From a virus, in IMG/VR virus record IMGVR_UViG_3300005655_000001: a DNA stretch of 48,430 nt. One strand, written 5' to 3'. Shown piece after piece: positions 1 to 6,002 of this stretch; the first letter of the stretch is position 1, and every line of letters starts with the position of its first letter. The notes beneath the pieces were generated by a model. That model was not told where the DNA came from. It searched no databases and saw only the letters and a program-made list of their open reading frames with translations. A program made the position numbers and the translations under genes.

Positions 1-120
1 GCTGGCGCGAATGAAAAGCGGCCTCGACGGCCTGGCCGACGTGCTGGGCGTGGATGACAAGCACTGGAGCCTGAGCATTGCCCGGGCCGAAGAAATCGGC
101 GGCATGGTGAAGGTGGAGGT
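1..120. repeat. Terminal redundancy: bases 1-120 are identical to 48311-48430 (circular-assembly overlap)
   Basis: Direct comparison of the first two and last two sequence lines. The repeat lies inside one continuous reading frame (RusA). Confidence 0.95.
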
Positions 121-133
121 GACGAATGTCTGA
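1..133 (+). CDS. rusA: RusA-family Holliday junction resolvase, 3' portion (continues from 48102..48430 across the circular junction)
   Basis: The frame from ATG 48102 stays open to the window end and continues in phase to TGA 131-133. The tail reads ...DLDNMLARMKSGLDGLADVLGVDDKHWSLSIARAEEIGGMVKVEVTNV. Confidence 0.8.
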   Translation, partial: LARMKSGLDGLADVLGVDDKHWSLSIARAEEIGGMVKVEVTNV

Positions 134-587
134 GCGCCTTGTCCTGCGCCTCGTAAACGCGCAACAGGGCCATCAGGCCATCAAACACGCATGGGAGTTC
201 GCCAAGGGCTGGATCATGGGCAGCGGTGGCGCCATGGTGCTGGAGGTGCGCCCAGAAACCCGCAGCGACCGGCAAAACAAGCTCTTGCACGCCCTGTTCG
301 GTGACGTTTCAAAGCAGGCCGAATGGATGGGCAAGAAGCGCAGCCCGGAGGAATGGAAGCTGCTGTTTGTGTCCGGCCACTCAGTCGCCACAAAGCAGGG
401 TGCCGACCTGGTGCCAGGGCTGGAGGGCGAATTCCTTAATTTGCGCGAAAGCACGGCACGCATGGGCAAAGCGCGCATGGCGTCGCTTTTGGAATATGTG
501 ATGGCCTGGTGCGCAGAGCACGGTGTAGAGCTGCGCGACGCCCGGCAGTGGGTGGATCCGGAAACAGGCGAGGTGATGCATGCATAG
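126..587 (+). CDS. ninB: NinB/Orf-family recombination mediator
   Basis: 153 aa. ATG 126 overlaps the RusA stop. The motif 'RSDRQNKLLHALFGDV' and the size fit the NinB family, and it sits in a nin-like region next to RusA. Confidence 0.65.
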   Translation: MSERLVLRLVNAQQGHQAIKHAWEFAKGWIMGSGGAMVLEVRPETRSDRQNKLLHALFGDVSKQAEWMGKKRSPEEWKLLFVSGHSVATKQGADLVPGLEGEFLNLRESTARMGKARMASLLEYVMAWCAEHGVELRDARQWVDPETGEVMHA

Positions 588-846
588 CAAAAACAAACCA
601 AAGCCCACCGCAGCAGAGCGCCGCCACATAGAGCGCGTAGCGGCCCTTGCATGCGTGGTGTGCGACGCGCCAGGGCCCAGCCATGTCCATGAGCCAGAGC
701 AGGGGCTGTGGCACGTTTCCGTAGCGCTGTGCCCAGCCTGTCACACAGGACATGACGGATGGCACGGCACCCGCCTGCGCTGGAAGCTTCGCCGCATGAA
801 CGAGCTGCAGGCCATCAATCGCACCGTGGCGCAGGTTTTGAACTGA
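580..846 (+). CDS. Small Cys/His-rich protein, Ref/HNH-like recombination-associated nuclease candidate
   Basis: 88 aa with GAGG RBS. The pattern 'ERRHIERVAALACVVCDAPGPSHVHEP...ALCPACH' recalls the Ref-family layout from memory. Not verified. Confidence 0.35.
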   Translation: MHSKNKPKPTAAERRHIERVAALACVVCDAPGPSHVHEPEQGLWHVSVALCPACHTGHDGWHGTRLRWKLRRMNELQAINRTVAQVLN

Positions 847-858
847 AATGGAGAACAG

Positions 859-1362
859 ATGATTACTGAAAGCCAACTGGCGCGCCGATACCACGCGCTT
901 TCCGTCAACTGCAAAAAAGTCTATGACGCGGTGCCCATCTCGGAGCCGTGGTCAACGTCTTACATCCTTTCAGAAATTCAAAGACTGTGCAGCTACACGT
1001 CAAACATGCGGGTTTTGACGGGAAGCCTTCAAGCCCTCAAGGCATCCGGCCTTGTGCAAGAGCCACAAAAGGGCCTTTTTTTGAGGACGCCAATCAAGCC
1101 AGGCAAGGACGAATCAGAAGCCGAGCCGCTTGAGGCCGCAAAGCAGTCAGAACTAACCACCAAGGAAGAAGCCCCTATGCCAACAGCCCAAAAGCCCCCC
1201 CGCAACCCCATGACGATCTTGTCCGAGTTGGCAACCCGCTGCAAAGCGCTGGCCGACGAAATCGAGACTGCCGCGCTGGAGATTGACGAATACGTGACAG
1301 CAAAGGATGTTGACGCCGGGAAGTTGAAGCAATTGCAGGCGCTGCTGAAAGGGCTTGCTTGA
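859..1362 (+). CDS. Hypothetical protein (N-terminal winged-helix-like region, C-terminal coiled coil)
   Basis: 167 aa with GGAG RBS 7 nt upstream and high third-position GC. Confidence 0.6.
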   Translation: MITESQLARRYHALSVNCKKVYDAVPISEPWSTSYILSEIQRLCSYTSNMRVLTGSLQALKASGLVQEPQKGLFLRTPIKPGKDESEAEPLEAAKQSELTTKEEAPMPTAQKPPRNPMTILSELATRCKALADEIETAALEIDEYVTAKDVDAGKLKQLQALLKGLA

Positions 1363-1625
1363 TGGACGCCGGGAGGATGTTGATTGAAGCGCAGATGCAC
1401 CTGGAGTGCATGAACGAGGCGTTACTCGAAATTGAGTTCGCCAAGCCTAGCAAAGAGCGCAAGCGCGTCATCAACGCCGAATTGAGCGCGCGTCTTTGGG
1501 CCGCCATTCACATCACCCAGAGCGTGCGGCTAGGCCGGGAAGACAAAGAGCTGATCGATACGTTGCGTGAGGCGCGCCGATTCAACAACGTAGATGACGC
1601 ACCGGGCCAAGAAGGCTTGCACTGA
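1362..1625 (+). CDS. Hypothetical protein
   Basis: The first true ATG is at 1362, overlapping the upstream TGA (TGATG). The track start at 1359 is TTG. Confidence 0.5.
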   Translation: MDAGRMLIEAQMHLECMNEALLEIEFAKPSKERKRVINAELSARLWAAIHITQSVRLGREDKELIDTLREARRFNNVDDAPGQEGLH

Positions 1626-1636
1626 CAAGGGGAAAC

Positions 1637-2044
1637 ATGCTGATGCGCGTACAAGAAGCCGTCGATTACAGCCACGTTAACGAAATGCACGCCGATATCC
1701 ATTCGCGCCTTGAGAACTGGCGCCGCTGGGTGATAGTGCGCCCCCATGGCTGGTGCACCCATCCCATGTTCAAAAACTTTCGCGCCTCAAGGCAGTGGGA
1801 GGCATCCCCGCACATCAGCACCCCTGTTGATACGCTTGACGCAGCTCTAATCGAAAAAGCAGTCTATGCGCTACCAGACAAGCACCGCGATGCGATCCGC
1901 TGGTGGTATGTGCACGCGGGCAATCCGGTAGCGATGGCGCGCAGACTTGGAGTGAGCAAGCAGGGGCTAGCTGATCTCGTCTGTGTTGGCCGGACGATGC
2001 TGAAAAACCTGATTGGTACGTCCCAAAAATCCCACTACAGGTAG
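1637..2044 (+). CDS. Q-type late-gene antiterminator candidate (P22 gp23-like)
   Basis: 135 aa. It has 'LENWRRW' near the N-terminus and a C-terminal HTH-like 'AIRWWYVHAGNPVAMARRLGVSKQGLADLV'. It is the last gene of the rightward nin-like operon. Confidence 0.55.
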   Translation: MLMRVQEAVDYSHVNEMHADIHSRLENWRRWVIVRPHGWCTHPMFKNFRASRQWEASPHISTPVDTLDAALIEKAVYALPDKHRDAIRWWYVHAGNPVAMARRLGVSKQGLADLVCVGRTMLKNLIGTSQKSHYR

Positions 2045-2091
2045 CCCAAAAATTCCGCTACACCTGTTCCAAAAATTCCGCTACAGGTGGT
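2023..2091. repeat. Three direct repeats at exact 23-bp spacing (core CCAAAAAT(T)CC(C/G)(A/C)CTACA)
   Basis: CCAAAAAT cores start at 2023, 2046 and 2069. A 7-bp inverted repeat CACCTGT/ACAGGTG (2061-2067 / 2083-2089) lies within the array. The array spans the stop codons of two convergent genes. Confidence 0.9.
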
Positions 2092-2300
2092 GCGGCATCC
2101 CCTATAGGGCGCAGGCCAGCCTCCAGCGCGGCGCAGGCCAGGGCCACGGCACGCCCTGCCTCGATTGGCTTGCCAGTGGTGCGACTGATGCCGCGCCTCC
2201 AGTCTTTATAGGCGGCATAGGACACCCCTAGCAGCTCAGCGGCAGCCAGCCCGGTGATTTTCATACGCGCCTGCCATGCGCGCAGGTCTGTTGGGGTCAT
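2058..2300 (-). CDS. XRE/Cro-type helix-turn-helix protein (gene F of the accessory operon)
   Basis: 80 aa from the internal ATG at 2300 (ATGA overlap with the upstream gene). 'LRAWQARMKITGLAAAELLGVSYAAYKDWRRG' is a typical HTH. Confidence 0.65.
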   Translation of the reverse strand: MTPTDLRAWQARMKITGLAAAELLGVSYAAYKDWRRGISRTTGKPIEAGRAVALACAALEAGLRPIGDAAPPVAEFLEQV

Positions 2301-2470
2301 GCGCTGCCCTTTTCGATTCGCTGTAGTAGCCAGTCCGTCAACTTCATGCCGCATGCGCGGCTTTCCCGCACCCATTGGGCTTTGATTGCCATAGGCACGC
2401 GCAAATGCACCTGGGCATCAGGTGGATGCTCAGGTGCTGGCGCGGGTTGTTTTTTATGCTGTGACGTCAT
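2297..2470 (-). CDS. Ribbon-helix-helix (CopG/Arc-like) protein candidate (gene E)
   Basis: 57 aa ORF below the track cutoff, translated by hand. 'VHLRVPMAIKAQWVRESRACGMKLTDWLLQRIEK' has beta-strand plus two-helix RHH character. Confidence 0.5.
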   Translation of the reverse strand: MTSQHKKQPAPAPEHPPDAQVHLRVPMAIKAQWVRESRACGMKLTDWLLQRIEKGSA

Positions 2471-2630
2471 TTAGTCGGGCCAGGATGGATCCCATGTCGC
2501 CGGTAATTCCCCAGTCCTGGGGGTTTTTGTCCATGTGCTGCGCGCTGCGCTCTATGACGGACTTGATGTGCTCAATCTGGGCCAGCGCTGCGGCTGTCAG
2601 CTCTTGATGCTGTTTTTGGGCTTGGGTCAT
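2454..2630 (-). CDS. Hypothetical small protein (gene D)
   Basis: 58 aa ORF translated by hand (MTQAQKQHQELTAAALAQIEHIKSVIERSAQHMDKNPQDWGITGDMGSILARLNDVTA). It has a GAGGGG RBS and an ATGA overlap with gene C. Confidence 0.5.
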   Translation of the reverse strand: MTQAQKQHQELTAAALAQIEHIKSVIERSAQHMDKNPQDWGITGDMGSILARLNDVTA

Positions 2631-2875
2631 GATGGCATCCCCTCGATGATTGTCGAGTGGGTCACGCGGCCCATGAATTCACTGCTGCTCTCCGTAATTT
2701 TCCCGTCGCGCAAAAACATCAGCAGATCACGCGCAACGGCTGCGCGTTTGGCGCCCTGCACCACATAACAGATATCTTCATGGCCAAAAGCTGGAGATCG
2801 GGCAAGCGACAACACTATATCGTTGCCATGACGGCTCTTTACAAGGTTGTTCAGGTCGTTGATTGTTTGTCTCAT
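2627..2875 (-). CDS. Hypothetical protein (gene C)
   Basis: 82 aa from ATG 2875, preceded by AGGAG. The longer track ORF (to 3031) would run through gene B. Confidence 0.6.
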   Translation of the reverse strand: MRQTINDLNNLVKSRHGNDIVLSLARSPAFGHEDICYVVQGAKRAAVARDLLMFLRDGKITESSSEFMGRVTHSTIIEGMPS

Positions 2876-2919
2876 GATGTTTGCTCCTATCAGGATTCCC
2901 GGATCCGCCGGGCCGGTGC
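2872..2919 (-). repeat. 48-nt conserved translation-initiation leader, copy 1 (upstream of gene C)
   Basis: Minus-sense GCACCGGCCCGGCGGATCCGGGAATCCTGATAGGAGCAAACATCATGA. It matches the copy at 3260-3307 at 44 of 48 positions and contains a CCCGG/CCGGG stem-loop. Confidence 0.9.
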
Positions 2920-3087
2920 CATGTACTTTGAAAAAGCGGCATCCTCGATGCGGCTGTATGTGCTTTTGACGCCAGCAGTGTCGATCACCAGCAGGTATGT
3001 GCTCTTGTCGGTGTAGCGGGCGCGTGCCCACTCCACGACGCGCCGGTACTTCTCGATGCGCCGGTATTTCTCGATGCGGGGGTTCAT
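2890..3087 (-). CDS. Hypothetical protein with tandem RIEKYRR duplication (gene B)
   Basis: 65 aa with an ATGA overlap with gene A. An 18-bp tandem repeat at 3040-3078 encodes RIEKYR-RIEKYR. Confidence 0.5.
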   Translation of the reverse strand: MNPRIEKYRRIEKYRRVVEWARARYTDKSTYLLVIDTAGVKSTYSRIEDAAFSKYMAPARRIRES

Positions 3088-3263
3088 GGCTTTGTCCCCT
3101 TGTCGTTCAGCGCTGCGATGATGATGCGGCCTGCGTCCACGGCCAGCAGCCCGGTGTTGCGACGTGCCTCCATGAATTCGTTTGCCTGGGCCATGCCCTC
3201 GGCGGTGTCGGGGTACTCGGCCACGATGGCGAAGTCCAGTCCCCAGAGTCGGTAGGTGTTCAT
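3084..3263 (-). CDS. Hypothetical small protein (gene A)
   Basis: 59 aa from ATG 3263, preceded by AGGAG (MNTYRLWGLDFAIVAEYPDTAEGMAQANEFMEARRNTGLLAVDAGRIIIAALNDKGTKP). Confidence 0.55.
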   Translation of the reverse strand: MNTYRLWGLDFAIVAEYPDTAEGMAQANEFMEARRNTGLLAVDAGRIIIAALNDKGTKP

Positions 3264-3307
3264 GATGTTTTCTCCTATCAGGACTCCCGGAGCCGCCGGG
3301 CCAGTGC
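3260..3307 (-). repeat. 48-nt conserved translation-initiation leader, copy 2 (upstream of gene A)
   Basis: Minus-sense GCACTGGCCCGGCGGCTCCGGGAGTCCTGATAGGAGAAAACATCATGA. Confidence 0.9.
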
Positions 3308-3329
3308 GCCAGGTGTAGCGCATGGGTAG

Positions 3330-3359
3330 ATTATAAGCTCAAAAAGCGCCAGAACGCAA
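3330..3359 (-). promoter_or_regulatory. Sigma70-type promoter for the minus-strand accessory operon
   Basis: Minus-sense TTGCGT, 18-bp spacer, TATAAT (perfect -10 at 3330-3335). The spacer contains the 15-bp box. Confidence 0.6.
3337..3351. promoter_or_regulatory. Operator-like box GCTCAAAAAGCGCCA, copy 1 (in the spacer of the minus promoter)
   Basis: Exact 15-mer repeated at 3402-3416. A degenerate third copy (ACTCAAAAGAGCGCA) lies at 3433-3447. Confidence 0.6.
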
Positions 3360-3393
3360 GCAAAAAGAATAGAAAAGTTTTTGCATAAAATAC

Positions 3394-3422
3394 TTGCATT
3401 GGCTCAAAAAGCGCCATACAAT
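3394..3422 (+). promoter_or_regulatory. Sigma70-type promoter for the 3487..4833 gene
   Basis: TTGCAT (3394-3399), 17-bp spacer, TACAAT (3417-3422). The spacer contains the 15-bp box. Confidence 0.65.
3402..3416. promoter_or_regulatory. Operator-like box GCTCAAAAAGCGCCA, copy 2 (in the spacer of the plus promoter)
   Basis: Exact repeat of 3337-3351. Confidence 0.6.
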
Positions 3423-3486
3423 ACACACATGCACTCAAAAGAGCGCACCGCCCAGGCGGCACCTGGCACCTTTGAAGGATCACATC

Positions 3487-4833
3487 ATGAGCAAAGCCAA
3501 AACCCTCGACCTCTTCGCCAAACTTGAGGCAGCGCCTACCTATAACAGCACCGTTACTGTGCGCAGCGGTCGGGCCATGTTGAAAATCAACACAAAGAAC
3601 TTGGCAGCTCGTGCCCGTTCCCTGAAAAACTGCCATCGCAAGCCAGCTCAGAAAGCAGTCGTTCGGACATACCCTAAATTTTCCCCTGGCATGAGCACTG
3701 CCGAATATGTATTAAAGTTTTCCGCCGCAAATGGCGTATCCGCGGACGTTCTCCCGTTCGATCTTTCTCAATACGCCGCCCCGTGTGCTCTGTACGAAAA
3801 CGGCGCGCTGGATTTTGACGTTATCGAAGAGCAGATCGAAGAATCGCAAGAACTGCCGCAAATTGACGCCATCCCTGAATCTGCCGAAGGTGCGGCGCCG
3901 TGGGCCGATGTGCTTGCATCCTCTGTCGAATCCATCGGTGCCATGGAAGAGGGCGCGTTTTCCCTCATGGTTGGGGCGTTCGAGGATATCAACTACCACA
4001 GCGAATCACTGATGGTGCGCTGCTTGAGGGCTGGCCGTGAAGACTTGGCGTCAGCAGTTGCGCACCTGTTGCGCTTGCAAAATTCACCAGAATACAGAGG
4101 CTTGAACGGCGCGCAGTGCGACGCGCGGGCGGCTGTCTCGGCCATGCTTGCAGGCGAATCTGTCGCACACATCAGCGATGCAGCGGCGTCAATTCTTGCC
4201 TCGTGGGGGCTTGTTATTCGTAAGCCTCAAGCGTCTGAAGCATTTGCAGCCATGATTCGAGCCGCGCGCGAAGCAAAGCGCATCGCTCGCAAGGCCATCG
4301 CCCAGGCCAGCGCGTCAAGTGCTCAGTCAGTCCCGGACGATGCAGACGGAAACCCGTACCCGTACCTGCAGCCCATTTCAGACACACACAGCGGCGGAGT
4401 CGCTGCAGCAAAAAATATCCGGCTCGTCCTTAAAAATCAGTTCCCAGGCGTGAAATTCAAGGTCACCAGCGATTACAGCTCAGTCAACGTGCGCTGGATT
4501 GATGGCCCCACATGCGGCGCAGTTGATGATGCGCTGTCGCCTTTCGATATCGGCCACAGCGACAGCCAATCAGACTACTTTTACACCGAGCGCACGCGGT
4601 TTAGCGAACAATTCGGCGGAGTGCAATACCTTTTCACACATCGCGAACTGAGCGAATCGAAGATTACCGCAAGCCTCAATGCAGTCTTCGGGGAAGATGG
4701 CCCGACTCTTGCAGAGTGGAAAGCCGGGACGCCGTGGGCGCAGGTCGCCCGCAAAGGCTCATACCGTGACGCGCAGATGTGGGACCAATACGAATGGCTT
4801 TCCATGGTTCGGCGCCACGCGAACGAAAAATAA
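3487..4833 (+). CDS. 448-aa protein of unknown function; the C-terminal domain resembles an LPD29-type polyvalent-protein domain
   Basis: ATG 3487 follows a GAAGGA RBS, downstream of the predicted TSS. The C-terminus reads 'NIRLVLKNQFPGVKFKVTSDYSSVNVRWIDGPT...DIGHSDSQSDYFYTERTRF'. The family assignment is from memory only. Confidence 0.6.
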   Translation: MSKAKTLDLFAKLEAAPTYNSTVTVRSGRAMLKINTKNLAARARSLKNCHRKPAQKAVVRTYPKFSPGMSTAEYVLKFSAANGVSADVLPFDLSQYAAPCALYENGALDFDVIEEQIEESQELPQIDAIPESAEGAAPWADVLASSVESIGAMEEGAFSLMVGAFEDINYHSESLMVRCLRAGREDLASAVAHLLRLQNSPEYRGLNGAQCDARAAVSAMLAGESVAHISDAAASILASWGLVIRKPQASEAFAAMIRAAREAKRIARKAIAQASASSAQSVPDDADGNPYPYLQPISDTHSGGVAAAKNIRLVLKNQFPGVKFKVTSDYSSVNVRWIDGPTCGAVDDALSPFDIGHSDSQSDYFYTERTRFSEQFGGVQYLFTHRELSESKITASLNAVFGEDGPTLAEWKAGTPWAQVARKGSYRDAQMWDQYEWLSMVRRHANEK

Positions 4834-4845
4834 ACTTCGAATCAC

Positions 4846-4874
4846 TTGCACAGCCAGAAAATATATGGCATAGT
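4846..4874 (+). promoter_or_regulatory. Sigma70-like promoter (candidate late promoter PR' or sRNA promoter)
   Basis: TTGCAC (4846-4851), 17-bp spacer, CATAGT (4869-4874). A -10-like CATTAGT follows at 4881-4887. Confidence 0.4.
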
Positions 4875-4954
4875 CGCCGCCATTAGTCAGCATCAGCATT
4901 AGGACTTGCCCTGCTTGCGCAGGGCGACCCGCCTGAAAACAAAGCTGACCACAA

Positions 4955-4985
4955 GCCCGCCCAGAGAAATCGCGGCGGGTTTTTG
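4955..4985 (+). terminator. Rho-independent terminator
   Basis: CCCGCC ... GGCGGG stem followed by TTTTT (4980-4984). Confidence 0.65.
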
Positions 4986-5063
4986 CGTTTGCAAACAAAC
5001 GAGCCCACAAAGCGCTACGAACGCGATGCGGGCTCTGACCAATCGGACTGAAAAGGAGTCATC

Positions 5064-5537
5064 ATGGCTAAGCAAATTCTAACGCTAGAGCGTCTCAAAG
5101 AACTATTTCATTACGATCCGTTGATTGGTCGTTTTACCACGCTGAAGGCCAGGTCTGCTGGCTGGGTGGAGCATGATGGTTACCTCCGGGTGTCTATTGA
5201 CGGGCGAAATTACAGCTGCCATAGATTGGCCTGGCTTTATGTGTTTGGTGTTCACCCCAGCGGCGAGATAGATCACATAGACGGCTGCAAGACGAACAAC
5301 AGCATTGCCAACTTGCGCGATGTACCGCGAAAGACAAATTCGGAGAATGCTCGGGCAGCGCATCGGCACAACAAGTCCGGTTTGCTAGGTGTTCAAGCCA
5401 AAAAGACAGGCCAGTTTGAGGCGTGGATTCAAGCTGCTGGCATGCGCCACTATCTTGGATCATTCCGCAATGCGGATGCCGCACACCAAGCATACGTAGA
5501 GGCAAAACGCAGGCTGCATGAAGGCTGCACCATTTAA
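5064..5537 (+). CDS. HNH (HNH_3-type) plus AP2-domain homing endonuclease, copy 1
   Basis: 157 aa. It has 'CHRLAWLYVFG...IDHIDGCKTNNSIANLR' followed by AP2-like 'SGLLGVQAKKTGQFEAWIQAAGMRHYLGSFRNADAAHQAY'. A paralogue lies at 42556..43044. Confidence 0.8.
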   Translation: MAKQILTLERLKELFHYDPLIGRFTTLKARSAGWVEHDGYLRVSIDGRNYSCHRLAWLYVFGVHPSGEIDHIDGCKTNNSIANLRDVPRKTNSENARAAHRHNKSGLLGVQAKKTGQFEAWIQAAGMRHYLGSFRNADAAHQAYVEAKRRLHEGCTI

Positions 5538-5543
5538 CACAAG

Positions 5544-5573
5544 CCCCGCCCGGTTCGCCGCGTGGGGTTTTTT
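5544..5573 (+). terminator. Rho-independent terminator with UUCG tetraloop
   Basis: CCCCGCCCGG-TTCG-CCGCGTGGGG (one mismatch, one G-U pair) followed by T6. Confidence 0.7.
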
Positions 5574-5754
5574 CGTTCGTGGGCCGCAGCGTCACCATCT
5601 ATGGCTTTGTCCACTGGCTGCGCGCCCACACCCATCACCTCCCCCGGAAGCTGAACGGGTCTCCTGCGGCTGCCCAGCCGTCATCAGCAGAGTGGCGACG
5701 GCAGCAGCCAGCCCGCAAGGGTAGTCCTATGGCGGGCAGAACACAAGGAAGTCC

Positions 5755-6000
5755 ATGGTCTACACATCTGACAACGTAATGCTCGGTACTCGCGTCTATG
5801 ACGTGGGCGCCAATGCAGAGATCGGCAAGGTGATGGAGGTCAACACGTCGGCTGGATGGATCAAGGTGGTTGATGAGCCTGTGCGCGCAAACCGGCATGA
5901 CCATCTGGTCACACGGCGAATTCGATTCGAGCGCATCTACCCCATCAAGGGGCTTGAGGTGTTTCCGTGCCTGTTCCACTGCTACGGGCGGAAGGCGTGA
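5755..6000 (+). CDS. Hypothetical protein
   Basis: 81 aa with AAGGAAG RBS. Confidence 0.55.
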   Translation: MVYTSDNVMLGTRVYDVGANAEIGKVMEVNTSAGWIKVVDEPVRANRHDHLVTRRIRFERIYPIKGLEVFPCLFHCYGRKA

Positions 6001-6002
6001 CC

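Noticed and set aside
1-120. The terminal direct repeat as genuine phage DTRs or a cos site.
   Set aside because: The repeat falls in the middle of the RusA coding sequence and preserves its frame, which is the signature of an assembler closing a circle or concatemer rather than of physical ends.
2058-2375. N-terminally extended versions of several track ORFs (2058..2375, 2627..3031, 3084..3323, 3394..4833, 19570..20271, 31046..31732, 31558..32241, 37566..38312, 45726..47678).
   Set aside because: The extensions overlap upstream genes, promoters or terminators and translate to low-complexity sequence. Internal starts with SD sequences or ATGA/GTGA coupling give compact, non-overlapping gene arrays.
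4908-4925. The hairpin GCCCTGC-TTGC-GCAGGGC as an independent terminator.
   Set aside because: It is not followed by a T-run on either strand. I treat it as internal structure of the putative short transcript (see the finding at 4846-4985).
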